A DNA stretch of 64,000 nucleotides from Azolla caroliniana (Eukaryota > Plantae > Polypodiophyta): assembly GCA_043228905.1 (NCBI GenBank), contig JBHGNT010000007.1, positions 5,518,001 to 5,582,000 on the forward strand, read 5' to 3'. Each line of letters begins with the position of its first letter. Positions within the stretch are counted from its first letter, which is position 1. Both the position numbers and the translations under genes were made by a program. Positions 52,301 through 64,000 of the stretch are shown piece by piece. The notes beneath the pieces are model-generated. The model had not been told where the DNA came from. It saw nothing but the letters and a program-made list of their open reading frames with translations, and did no database searches.

Positions 52301-55300
52301 CAAATTTCGAACATTTTTGGCATTAGTTGAGAATCAAATTGATAAGACACTTAAGTGTCTTTGGTCTAACAATGGTGGGGAATATGTGTCCAAGACCTTT
52401 CAAGCATTTTGTGACAGCAAAGGGATAAAGAGGGAACTCATTGCCCCTTATAATCCACCCCAAATTGGAGTTGCAGAGTGTATGAATCGGACCATTCAAG
52501 ATAAGGTCCGTACTATGCTGTATCATGCTGCGTTACCCCATGGTTTTTGGGCAGAGGCTGTTATGACAGCTGTTCACTTGATTAATCGGTTACCTAACAG
52601 GTCTTTGGGAGGGGGAATACCCCAAGAAGCGTGGTCGGGCAAGCCACCTTCATATGCTCACTTGAGAGTGTTTGGCTGTGAGGCTTTTGTGCACATTCGT
52701 AAAGAAGAATGCAACAAACTTGAGCCAAAGTCCTGCAAATGTATTTTCTTAGGATACGGTGACAAGGGTGAAATGGGGTATAGATTGTGGGATCCCGAGA
52801 AAAGAAAAATAGTACGCAGCAATGATGTTATCTTCCGGGAAAATCGCATGCATAAACAACCCGAAAAGACCGAGGAAGTACGGAGGGTTGTATTCCGAGA
52901 AGAAATACCTTTTAGACAGAAAAATGTGCCCACTGTACAGCAGCAAACACCTGCTGTAAACTTACCTGCAAATGCAGAAAATGAGGTTGGAAATGATCAG
53001 CCAGCCTTTGCCAATAATGATGAGCCACCAAATGTGCAGGAATGGCTAGAACAGCAAGCTGTTAATGCTGATTTGCAGGCTGAAATGCCTGGACAGCAAG
53101 TTGAAAATGATGATTTGCAGGCTCAACAGCTACCAAACAATGAGCATTGGGTTAGGAGATCGTCTAGAGTTACTAGAAGGCCTGACAGATTTGTTCCTGA
53201 TGCAAACAGTGTGGCTGATTATATCATGGTAACTGATTGTGGCGAACCGACTTGCTTCAAGGAAGCAATGGACAGACAGGACAATAAGAAATGGTATAAA
53301 GCCATGTTTTCAGAGATGGAATCTCTTGAAAAAAATGACACTTGGGATTTGGTGCAGTTGCCTAAAGGGCAGAAAACACTTCCATGCAAATGGGTTTATA
53401 AAATGAAGGTCATTTCTAATTCCTCGCCAAAGTACAAAGCAAGATTGGTTGCAAAAGGATACAAGCAGGAATATGGAGTTGATTTTGATGAGATCTTCTC
53501 ACCTGTAGTCAAGATGACTACATTAAGAATCATTTTGGGCTTAGTTGCAACTGAAGATATGGAGCTCATACAGATGGATGTGAAGACCGCCTTTTTACAT
53601 GGCGATCTACATGAAGACATATATATGCAGCAGCCTGAAGGTTTTGTGGCTAAAGGCAAAGAGAAGATGGTTTGTAAGCTCAAAAGGAGTTTGTATGGGT
53701 TGAAACAAGCACCAAGAGAATGGTATCATAAATTTGATGCATTTATGCAGTCTCAAGGTTTTCGTACAAGTCAAGTGGACCACTGCTTGCACACGAAGAA
53801 GGCAGGAGATGGTAGCCTGATTATCTTGGTTTTGTATGTTGATGATATGTTGATTGCTGGCAAGGATATTCATGCCTTGGATTCATTGAAGCAAAGCCTT
53901 CATGGAAGCTTTGATATGAAGGATCTTGGTGATTCAAATCACATCCTTGGCATGCGAATACTCCGAAACCGGTCGAAAGGGGTACTCTTTCTATCTCAGC
54001 AGGAGTATATCTCTAAGGTTTTGCAATGTTTCAATATGGAGGGGGGGGAACAATTGGGGTTCCATTACCTCCATATTTGAAACTCAGTGCAGAAGACAGC
54101 CCTACATCTGATGCTGAGAAGGCTGAAATGACTAAGGTTCCATATGCTTCTGCCGTTGGCAGTTTGATATATGCGATGGTTTCTACACGCCCTGATATTG
54201 CTTTTGAAATGGGAGTGGTTAGTAGGTACATGGCAAATCCCGGCAAAAAGCATTGGGAAGCGGTGAAAGGTATTATGAGATACCTCAAAGGCACAAAGGA
54301 CTTGGGCATTTGCTTTGGAAAGCAAAAGGCATCTGTCGTTGGTTTTACGGATGGGAACTATGCTGGTCACACAGACTGCAGGAAGTCTACTTCTGGGTAT
54401 GTGTTTACTTTCACAGGAGGAGCGGTCTCTTGGATCTCCAGACTACAAAAGTGTGTTGCATTGTCTACTACAGAGGCAGAGTATGTTGCTGCCACTGAGG
54501 CGTGCAAAGAGGCTTTATGGCTTTCATATCTAGTGAGAGATCTTGGCATTACAGAGTTACCTATTCTTCATTGTGACAGCCAGAGTGCTATCATGCTAGC
54601 TCGGAATCCCGTCTTTCATGCAAAGACGAAGCACATAGAGGTGAAGTATCACTTCATCAGAGATGTACTTGACAGCAAGAACATTGAGCTTGTCAAAGTA
54701 CATACAAATAATAATCCTGCAGATCTTCTCACGAAGGGTCTTCCAGCTGAGCGATTTGCTCATTGCCGACAGATGATGGGAGTTGGATAGATGTATGTAT
54801 GCAGTTCAGCTTTGTACATACTTGGACTTAGCTCACTTTTTTTTTGTTTTTTTTTTCTCACGGCACATTGCCTTTAGGTGGGAGGTTGTTGGGAATAAAA
54901 GGCCATCGTGCCTTTTATTAGTGCACGAGTGTGAACGCACTCGTAGCACACTTTTGACGTGTATATACATAATATCTAAAAACCAAAAAAGAGGTACACT
55001 CTTCGTACCCAAGACAGTGTGCATCTCTCTCTCTCACTCAGACTCTCTCCCTCTCTGTTTTTGACATAAACCCTAATCCCCGTGCTGCCTTCAGAATCTT
55101 AATCCAATTTTGATCCAAACACCTACAACAATAAACTTGCAATAAATTTGAATCATCTTTGAATGATTGGTTTCTATTGATACACTACTCAGTTTCTCGA
55201 TTCATAAGAGACCTTTGATCTCGACGATTGCATGCATGATATGGGGCAAAGCATCAATGCCTCATTATTTAATTCAGGTGGAGATGGAAGCAGTTCCAAA

Positions 55301-58300
55301 AATAACTAAAGTATTATTCCAATAAATGACCAGTATCCAACAGCTTCGAGATCCCCCTAAGTAAAGGTACTCAGAGTTAGCAGTTATGTCATTAAAACTT
55401 GTTGAACATGGAGATAATTGTTGTTGGTATGCTAAAATGCAACAATGGTTCGAATCTAATGGCATAAGCATAAATGCACTACCCCCATTCCAAAATAGCT
55501 TGGATTATTCCAATTTGAACATGACCCAAATGAAAATGGATAGATGATCTGAACTGATATCATGAAATTGGAAACACAAAGAACATGAATCAAAATCAGC
55601 CAAATATAAAAGCATGTAAGGTATGCAGGGAAGGGCTAGTAGAGGATGAGTATCACTTGCTTTTTAAATGCTCTGCATAAAGTGCACGTCATGAAAGCTA
55701 TGATGATATATTAAGAGGGGGTGATGACTTGAGTGTCACACTAAAGAGAATGCCTAGAAGGTTGCTCTCATATGCGTATGCTTTACTCACACATCGAGAT
55801 TGGGTGCTTCGAAGTATGAATATCCCTTTTTAGGAAGGAGACACACATCAAGAAAACTTTTGTACTTAGGTACCATGGGTCAATAATGGCCTCTCTATGG
55901 ACGCTAAAAATATCTATATCTTGGTAGGAAGACAATCCATCATAAGGCACAAATTTTACACATCAAAGGATGGATTATTAAGTAAGCTTTCTTGTCTGAA
56001 TATACATCTCACATTCGTTGCATAGTGTGATAGGGCAGTTGTAGACGTCTTCACATCATTTAGAGATTGAGTTAGGCAGATATGCACATACAACTCTAGA
56101 AGAAAGAATTTGCCAATTGTGTATCCAGGGGGGATAATATGTTTGCCACTATACTGTTTTTTATGAAATAAGAGGGAGATACCATTGCCTCTTTTAACCA
56201 AGGTTTTGCCCCACTATGCAAGGTAATGGAATATGAGAGCGAACAATACTCAGGATTGTTCTTGCTAGAATTCAAGAGACACAAAGAGTAGTAGTTGGAC
56301 AACACAAGTTCATCCACAAGAACAATCACAACTTTCTATATCCCTACCACTCCTAATCATGTTACGAGTCAATCAAGGGTTACACAAGTGGACTCCCGAC
56401 AATGACACTACAAAAGGATTACAATAGATTAGGCAGCAATTTATCCCACAACCTCATAACCCTTGTCATTTGAAAAATAAAGGGCATTATCACTCTCCAT
56501 CAATCTCATCACCCTTGTCATCTGACAAATAAAGGCCATTATCTCTCAACATAAAAAATACTTCCCTTGGTTCATAGATCTTACCATTTTGGGTCAATCC
56601 ATCTACGCGACCTCGCACATGATGTGATTCCTCGTAAGAAGTATTACGGGAGAAAGCTGGATCTTTCGCACTTGAAGGTTTTCGGCACCATTGCATACGT
56701 GAATGTACCCAATGAGAATCAAAGAAAGCTTGATCTGAAGTCAAAGAAGATGATCCTCACCGACTACTCACTTGAGCAAAAGTGTCAAAAGTGTTATAAC
56801 CCTACCACTCAGTAATCGCAAATAAGCCAAGATGTGGTATTTGATGAAGAGACATCACGGTATAGCCCAGCACTAGTGACCCCCGCCATGCCTGAGACAC
56901 GCGGATCTGCTGCAAATCCCGAGAGAGAAGAAGAGAAGCTGAGATCCATTATAGGTAGAGACCCAATATAGAGTCTGCCCTCACTCTGGCTGACCGAACC
57001 CCAAGTATCGTCAAGCAATCAGAGTGTTGCACACCATGAAGAAACCTTTGACGTGGTGTCAGCTCAGTGGTACACCTCACCTCAAAGTGACTGAAAGGGC
57101 AAGACCCTGGAGCACGAAGCCATGAGCATAGCCTTGGATGACAACTCCGATAAGTCAACCTGATCGATCAACAGCGAGTATGGTGTGCCTGTAATGAGGA
57201 CATCGGGAGTAAAGAAAGCCCTGAAGGTGGGAAATGAAAAATTCCGTGAATCAAGCCGATAGAAGAACTTGACATTAAGGTTCAGAAGAACCTGATAGTA
57301 TCAAATGGACGTAAAGAACATATTCCTCCAAGGCGAGCTCGAGGAGGAAGTTGACTCAACCACCCGGATTCAAATCAAGCAAACATCCACATGAAGTTTG
57401 CCAATTGAAGAAGTTGCTCTACACATTGGAGCAAGCCCCAAGAGCGTGGCATTCAAAGATCATGCTATATCTTCACAACATCAACTTCCAAATGTCAAAA
57501 TCTGACAATTCGCTGTATATATAGAACAATCCCAAAAGCCCGCTCTTCGTTGTCTTGTATTCAATAACCTTGTTGATGGTGGAGAAAGCTGTGTTGAGAC
57601 GTAGAAACTCAAAAAGCTGCTTTCAAAAAACTTTGAGATGAAGGGCCTGAATGACTTACATTATTTTCTCAGCATCGACGTCATTAGACATCCAGGCGGG
57701 TTCCTACTCTCATAATGACACTACTGTTGAATCTGCTTTACAAGTTCGGAATGACCGAGTGTAATTCCATCTCAACACCCCTGGATTGAAATATGAAGCT
57801 TCGTGTAGACTCCGGCGAAGTTTGCAAGCAAACATAGTATCGGCAAATAATTGAGAGTCTTATCTACTTGACTATCACCTGGCTAGACCTCAACTACCCG
57901 GTCGAGCTCATTAACCAGTTCACGCAACCCTGCTGCAACACTCACATGGATTGTGTTAAGCGAGTGGTACGATATCGGTGGAATTCTTGATCATGGTATC
58001 ATCTACAAGCACAAAGTGCCGCTTCAATTTGATGGGTTCACGAATGCTTATTGGGCAGATAACCCATCTGATAGGAGATCCACCTCAGGATTTTTGTTTT
58101 CACTCGACAATGGAGAGATCTCATGGAGCAGCAAGAAACAATTCATGTCGAGCACTGAGGCGGAGTATAGGGGCAAAGTTGTAGCTGCATGCAAAGCCTT
58201 ATGGCTTAAAAGACTTCAACAAACTGGTCAACAAGACAATACCAATCCACTACAACAATCTTAGTAGCAACCAGCTCGCAAAGATGAGTATCGAGACCAA

Positions 58301-59362
58301 GGAACACACGGAGAATCGGCACCAAAGATAACTGGAAGAGTATGAACAAGACCAGTATCTAATCTGACTCAACCCGGCAAGTCAGACGAAGACTTTTTGA
58401 AGCCCGGCAGATAGAGGACAAGGGATGGGGTAAGACCAGCAAGGCTTGGCACACAAAGCAAAACCTCAATTGGATAAGTCACACAAAAAACCTTGATATC
58501 TCGAGTTTTTTATTAACATTTTTTGGATTGGTAAGATTGACCTTGCATGATTGAGTTCGAGTACATAGGAGCAATGTGAAGACCACGGTCTCACAGTTTG
58601 AGCAACATTGACCTAGTCTTCAACTACACCAAGACAACCAGCTTACGAGGACACACAATTGACCTTGAGGGCATGTTGAGAATCAAGCTCAACATGTGTG
58701 AGCACATGCTTAAGGAGAAAAGCACGATGTCTTAAAAATTGTGTGAGCACACTTTATTGTAATCTGTGTGAACTATCTACTTACATGTAGAACTAGATTG
58801 TGACAACTAGTTCGTTGCCAAGTGTAAATGTGGTCAATGAATATTAGATATTCTTATGGTAGAATCGTAGTAGGGTGGATGTATATGACTAGACTCCACC
58901 AACCACATTTAATGTGGTGGTCCCTTGAAGACCTATATATAAAGCCCACATGGCCCATTGCATTTTGTCAATTAATATAGCTTTCTCTTCAGCCCATAAT
59001 TTGTCACCCTCCCTCTTGTGTATTTTTCATTTCTGGTTGTTTCCTTTCATTTCTGGCAGTTCTCTTTCATTTCTCGTTGTTTTCTTTCATTTCTGGCTGT
59101 TTTCTCCGATTCTTTCTCCTGCTCACACAGACATTACGCTTCCACATACCCCAACTCTTAAGAGTTAGCATTCTTTCATCCCCTACCAAGAAACTGGGTA
59201 TATGTCCATGAAGAGATGTTGACCATTGAGACATATGAAGGCATATTAACCTCAAGGATATGTCTTCTCTGAGATTTTGATATTATCAATGTACAACTGC
59301 ATTATACACTGCTAAAATACCCCTAAAAGATACCTTATCTATGATCTCTAATCATAGACAAA

Positions 59363-59406
<44 letters not shown>

Positions 59407-59985
59407 AATTTGTTTATAGGGAGCTGCTAACCATTTAAAAGTATATCATCAAGTTTATGCCTTTCTAGTATTTTTACACAATCCACGTGGAGATAATTAC
59501 ATGAATAGATCTGGAATGCATCCATTATTACATTCAATTGTGCAAGTCTTAGAGTCTTTGTAAATGTTTTTTTTCCGCTGTGTCTACTCTGTCTAAATAA
59601 ATAAAACTGAGGTAATGTTGCAGTTCGACCTATTCCATTTCCAGATATTCTTCCATGATAATCTCCATCATTGCTTCAGCGGTTTTTTCTCTCTATTAAA
59701 TCCATCATTTCCTTTTTATGCAAATATAGAAAGAGGGGAAAGGTTAAAAGATATATCTATATATATGTATACCTTCGAAAGGGCGTCTTGAAGGGGTAAG
59801 AAATCCACAGAGTTCTGCAGAGCTTGCTCTCCTTCCGTCGCAAAGATGCCATGGAGCCTGCGGCGGTGGTAGTGGTTATGGTGATGGTGAGAGAATCTTG
59901 TCGATACAGTAGACAAGAGGAAGGAAGCGGAAGCGGAAGAAGGGAGGGGAAGAGAGAGTAGCGGAGCAGAATGAGAGAGCGCCAT
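46321..59985 (-). CDS. Plastid FtsH/peptidase-M41-like membrane protein lacking the AAA domain (At2g21960-like), 10 exons, 345 aa
   Basis: Exons on minus: 59985-59773, 48766-48671, 48464-48390, 48257-48189, 48113-48037, 47952-47864, 47681-47552, 47477-47387, 47311-47246, 46452-46321. All introns are GT-AG and in phase (1038 nt). Transit-peptide-like exon 1, then GWAKLWNSQPYVSRRT, AAFLFTVVGTTGFL, DWGFFVPYLIG, RHEAAHFLVAYLLG (HEXXH) and AMAGIAAEGLKYDKVTGQSADL. Confidence 0.92.
46963..47200. repeat. ~118-bp tandem duplication in the last intron
   Basis: gggctcatttagccacttcaactcaaacc..aaatgatcttgg occurs twice. Confidence 0.9.
50278..55093 (+). mobile_element. Full-length Ty1/copia (Tnt1-like) retrotransposon in intron 1, with frameshifted gag-pol
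   Basis: LTRs 50278-50480 and 54887-55093, TSD GAATC/GAATC, PBS TGGTATCAGAGC at 50484, PPT aggtgggagg. Gag with CHHCGKKGHFKRDC, protease WLLDS, integrase, RT (LYVDDMLIAG) and RNase H (CDSQSAI..KHIEVKYHFIRD). Frameshifts near 51110, 51620 and 54045. Confidence 0.97.
50490..50735 (+). repeat. 24-bp tandem array (~9-10 copies) containing TTTAGGG, in the copia 5' leader
   Basis: Unit gagtttagggttttctgcagagca begins at the 3' end of the PBS and ends just before the gag ATG at 50763. Confidence 0.92.
55609..55832 (+). mobile_element. LINE 3' fragment (ORF2 CCHC zinc knuckle)
   Basis: Translates as KACKVCREGLVEDEYHLLFKCSA*...LLTHRDWVLRSMNIPF*. Confidence 0.7.
55960..56290 (+). mobile_element. Second LINE 3' fragment (RTE-X/L2-like ORF2 end)
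   Basis: Translates as ..IGQL*TSSHHLEIELGRYAHTTLEERICQLC, matching the SSHxLxIExGR..ERICxxC motif. Confidence 0.65.
56560..59170 (+). mobile_element. Heavily degenerate 5'-truncated copia (integrase C-terminus, RT, RNase H, probable 3' LTR)
   Basis: GRKLDLSHLKVFGTIAYVNVP..RKLDLKS, RT remnants, and GFTNAYWADNPSDRRSTSGF..ISWSSKKQ..SSTEAEYRG. Purine tract then TGTTGAG at 58674. LTR end approximate. Confidence 0.75.
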
Positions 59986-60229
59986 AGCTCTTCCATCTCT
60001 TCCTATGTGGCCTATAATATCAATAAAGCTAAAAAAATTCTTCACGTGGCCATGATGGATAGGATGTCCATCCATCCAATCCATCCGCTCGTGTCTATTC
60101 TGCATCAAATCATAAAGAGGGTTGGCGAAGGAATCACGGCCACAGACGGTGCAGGTCACTCAGAGGAAGGCGCGTGCGATCTGCACCGTCAAATTTCGAT
60201 AAGGAAGAACGTGCGAAAAAAAACCTGTC

Positions 60230-60800
60230 AGAGGTCGCCCTAACGTTGACCGTTGCAAGTCGCCCAACCGTTGTAGGTCACCCAACCCTGACCTTTATAG
60301 GTCGCCCAACCGTTGCAGGTCGCCCAACCAAATGTATCATTTCGACCAAAATCTTCAAATAAGCTTGATCATTACCCTTAAAACTTAGAATAACATATCA
60401 AACAGTCACAAAATCCAACCTTAAATTATTCAAAATCGACGATCTTCACCATACTTAACATAAAACAAATAATCATCTTAAAACATAAAAGTTAAAAGTT
60501 AAAAAACATAAAACTTAAAAAACATAAAACTTAAAATAGAGATCAACTTATAACATACTTGAAACATGAATCAAAATATGACATACTTGAAACATAAATC
60601 TACATACGACATATTTGAAACATAAATCAACATATGACATCCTTTGAACCTAAATCCACTTTAAACACCATAAACCCAAATCAACATGTGACATACTTGA
60701 AACAAGAAATTGAAAACATAAATCAACATATGACATACTCCCAAGTGCACTCATAAATCAACATAAATCCACTTTAAACATTGTAAACCCAAATTCACTA
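60230..60800. repeat. Short degenerate repeat arrays upstream of the M41-like gene
   Basis: ggtcgcccaacc repeats at about 60230-60330 and gacatacttgaaacataaatcaacata repeats at about 60550-60790. Confidence 0.55.
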
Positions 60801-61009
60801 GTCTGCAAAACCACTCAAGTTATGTTTATGGCTCATGGCTCATCCGGAGATGATGGCAAGGTGCAGCCACAATTCTTGCAACAATCAACATTTGAGTCCC
60901 TTGATCTAAAGGTCAAGGCATCGCATTGCAAGCATCGAATCTTCTATGTCGCACATATTGGCAACCGCCTCCTAGCTCGACTTGCGCCTCTTTGCATTTT
61001 TCCAGTGTG

Positions 61010-63209
61010 TGTCAGGGACAGTACTAAGACAGAGAAGGAATTAGTACTAAAAGAAGTATTAGTATTAAGAGAGGTGAAGAACTCTCGAGAGAAGGAAAGA
61101 GTGAGTGAGAGGGAGGGAGAGAGAGAGAGAGTGATGATAAGAAAAGATATATATTATGTGAAGAAAATGTACAGTAGCTAGGAGGCTTAAGACTGGCGTT
61201 GAACCGATTTGGTTCGAAATAATGCCTCGTGCCTCCTTTTTTAGTGTTCTAAGAAATACTCCTGAAGTTTCTAGAATGTTCCAGAGAAATCTGGAATATA
61301 CATCAATCTTCTATAATAAAAAATAAATGAAAATAATATTCTATGTATTACAATGTATAGTCTAATGGTCAAGAGCTCGACCCATGTAGTATAAGGTCAT
61401 GGGTTCGAGTCTTGTCATATCATGACACTATCCCCTCTTTAAAACGACGAGTGTAACAAGTCGTTTTGGATTGAGGACCCGGTTTGTCTGGATATTGACG
61501 ATGGAAGTCTTCAAGAAGAGCACGAGCATTGGTGACATTCTCTATCGGTTCCCAAGTACGCTCGTTGGGACTATATCCTAGCCAGTCGACTAGATAGTAG
61601 AGCTTGTTGCGAACAAGCTTGGAATCAAGGATGGCGGCAACCTCGTACTCAGGTCCATCTTCAAGCTCGATCGGGGGTGGAGGCTGTGTAATACATCCTG
61701 GGATGGTGCTTTCTTGATAGGGTTCGAGGAGAGAACTATGAAACACCGGATGTATCCGAAGTTGTGGAGGTAGATCAAGACGAAAAGCGACATCATTAAT
61801 CTTTCCGATAATACGGAAAGGACCTAATCGCCGATAATCCAACTTCTCGCATGGGCGAGTAGTCTTGATGTGTCGTCGGAGTAGCCATACCCAATCTCCA
61901 ATGTTAAAACTAGATGGGAGTCGATGACGATCCGCATAAACCTTGTGTGTTTGTTGAGCTTGTTGGAGATGAGTAGATAAATCCGCTTGTATCTTGCGTA
62001 ACCTCTCCAAACGATCCTTTGCGCAAGGATTTGTGGACACCTCTGGGGTTTCAAGTACACACTACTGGGGGTGACATCTCGTATAAGCATAAAATGGCGT
62101 AACTTTCGTGGATGCATGGATAGAGTTGTTATAGGCAAATTCGGCAAAGTGGAGAATATCTGCCTAGTCATCCTGATGATAGCTGAGAAAGCACCGTAGA
62201 TACTGCTCCAGCGTTTGATTGGTTCGTTCGGCTTGGCCGTCAGTTTGTGGGTGGTAGCCGGAGGAGAGGTTACAAGTGACCTTGAGCATGTTAAAAAGGT
62301 GCTTCCAGAATTTTGACACGAACTGGGGTCCACGGTCGCTGATGATACTATCGGGAAGTCCATGATGCCGACATACTTCACGCATGACAATTTCGGCAGT
62401 GTCTTCACTGGAGATCTCCTTAGTACATGGCAAGAAATGAGCCATCTTCGTATATCGATCGACCAACGTTAGAATCGCATTGAACCCCTTAGAGACTGGA
62501 AGATCTGTGATGAAGTCTAGAGCAATGGATTGCCACGGCTTGCTTGGAATTGGTAATGGTTCTAATAAACCATATGGATGATGCCTTGGCATTTTCGCTA
62601 TGCAGCATGTATCACAAGTCCGAACAAAATCCTCGACAAATTGTCGCATACAGGGCCACCAGAATGATCATTGTACTAAATGTAGTGTTTTAGTACTACC
62701 AAAATGCCCAGCTGTATATATGTCATGACAGTTTTGTACTACTTGAAGGCGGCAAGAACCATTAGGAACATACAAAAGTTCTTTAAATAAGAGTAATCCA
62801 TCATGGTATTTGAATTGCCGATAGTCCGTACCTGGTGGTTGCAACTGTGAACACGACGCTCGAGAGGGATCAATTTGTGCTAGTATAGCTTGGGCGAACG
62901 CATCTGTCTTCAAGTCTTCGCGTATGGTATCGATAACGCAGGAATCCATGGGCATGTCAAAGATCTTTGTTGCTTGTAGTCGTGCCGGTCCCAAGATGAC
63001 TTGTTTTTGGTTATCGAAAGCTGGCTCGCCGGGACGGGGTGCTAGGTACGAACGTCGTGATAATGCATTGGCCTTCCCTTGGTGCTTCCCCGGACGATAT
63101 GTGATTTTGAAGTCGAAACGCGCGAGGAAGTGGGCCCACCGAGCTTGACGTCGATTCAACACACGAGCATCCTGAAAGTAGGCAAGGTTCTTGTGGTCAC
63201 TAAATACGG
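61010..63209 (-). mobile_element. Ty3/gypsy chromovirus (Tcn1-like) 3' half: RNase H end, integrase, chromodomain, PPT, 3' LTR
   Basis: [18 protein letters not shown], integrase HHCC and ISDRGPQF..HPQTDGQAERTNQ, GPF motif, and chromodomain EYEVAAILDS..YYLVDWLGY..ERTWEP. PPT aaagaggggatag. LTR 61427-61010 with TGTCA..TGACA ends. Contains stops and frameshifts and is interrupted at 63210. Confidence 0.92.
61351..61422 (+). promoter_or_regulatory. tRNA-like sequence (A/B boxes) at the 5' end of the chromovirus LTR, antisense to the element
   Basis: TAGTCTAATGGTCAAGA..AGGTCATGGGTTCGAGTCTTGT; shares AGGTCATGGGTTC with 33405-33474. Confidence 0.7.
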
Positions 63210-64000
63210 TGTCGTAGTGTATTTTGTACACTACGTGAAAAACTTATAAAGTACCAATTTAATAAATATGAATAAATAGTAGAAAATATTAAAATTTATA
63301 TAACATACATAGGGCAAGATTCGAACCTTGCACCTCCATGTTACACTAGCATTACACTAGCATTTCATTCATATCAAAAAACATAGATGTCCCACGTAGA
63401 AAGGTAAGTTCACGTAGGATAAACTTTAGTTAAAAGAAAAACGCATGCTAAAAGAAAAAGTTACGCATGCACATCTAGCGTGCATGAACACTATAGTTGA
63501 TAAAAAACGCACAAGTTAGAAAAAGCATGATCACTTTAGATAAAGCATATAGTCTATCTATAGGAAAAGCATGGAGTCTATAGTTAGAGAAAAAAAGAAG
63601 AAGCATGGATTCCTAAGACTCCCTCATCACTACATAAGGATGGGGAGCACAATGTAATAGGTGTGTGAAATATTTGGAAATTGGATATATTTCCGAAAAC
63701 ACCAACCGATTAATATAATTGTGGGATTCACGAAAATAATATAATCTATACTTGTGGGATTCACAAGTTTCGTATATCTTTCTTTCAATCTAAATACATA
63801 TTCTTATCTAAATATTGATTAATTGAATACAATACACTTGTGGGATTCACGAAATTTCTATCTCTCTTTCTAATAATCCATTCATTACTAGCCTCATCTC
63901 ATATTCTTCTTTCTCCTAGTCCAAAACCTCAGTGGTTCCCACCCGACTCACACAAACGATCCGGAGCCGAACGGCACAACACATTTGGTGAACCCGACGT
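63210..64000 (+). mobile_element. 5' LTR (about 63210-63983) and tRNA-Trp PBS of an element nested in the chromovirus
   Basis: The chromovirus coding sequence stops abruptly at TGTCGTAG (63210). The LTR ends ..CAACACA and is followed by TGGTGAACCCGACGT at 63986-64000, complementary to the plant tRNA-Trp 3' end. Confidence 0.78.

Noticed and set aside
59716-60159. 147-aa ORF as a standalone gene or longer N-terminus
   Set aside because: It contains exon 1 of the M41-like gene. The ATG at 59985 gives a transit-peptide-like start and the GT donor at 59772 is in phase with exon 2.
60796-60810. CACTA motif as a CACTA transposon end
   Set aside because: No matching TAGTG terminus with a 3-bp TSD was identified.
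62668-63231. ORF apparently starting at 63231
   Set aside because: Its first codons come from the nested LTR beginning at 63210; it is a chance read-through into chromovirus pol.

Overview
This is eukaryotic, AT-rich, microsatellite-rich plant nuclear DNA. A seed-free plant such as a fern is plausible but inferred only (Tcn1-like chromovirus, long TE-filled intron). There are four host genes. (1) A 3-exon EAPP (E2F-associated phosphoprotein) homolog, 2805-4940 +. (2) A GC-rich class I TCP transcription factor, 25072-27180 +, whose expected C-terminal motif lies out of frame. (3) An intronless P-class PPR gene, 40143-42635 -. (4) A 10-exon plastid FtsH/M41-like HEXXH protein resembling Arabidopsis At2g21960, 46321-59985 -, with an 11 kb first intron holding a full-length copia element and other TE remnants. 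Much of the remainder is nested retroelements: Tnt1-like copias, solo LTRs with 5-bp TSDs, a Tcn1-like chromovirus, a tRNA-Trp-primed element, LINE 3' ends and hAT-type MITEs. The most unusual signals are an antisense tRNA-like (Pol III A/B-box) module near the 5' end of three separate LTRs, a TGT..ACA insertion with ~120-bp terminal inverted arms and a 5-bp TSD, and a TTTAGGG-containing 24-bp array right after a copia PBS that is complementary to the LTR U5 end. All exon and TSD coordinates were read by eye. Family assignments rest on recalled motifs, not database searches.
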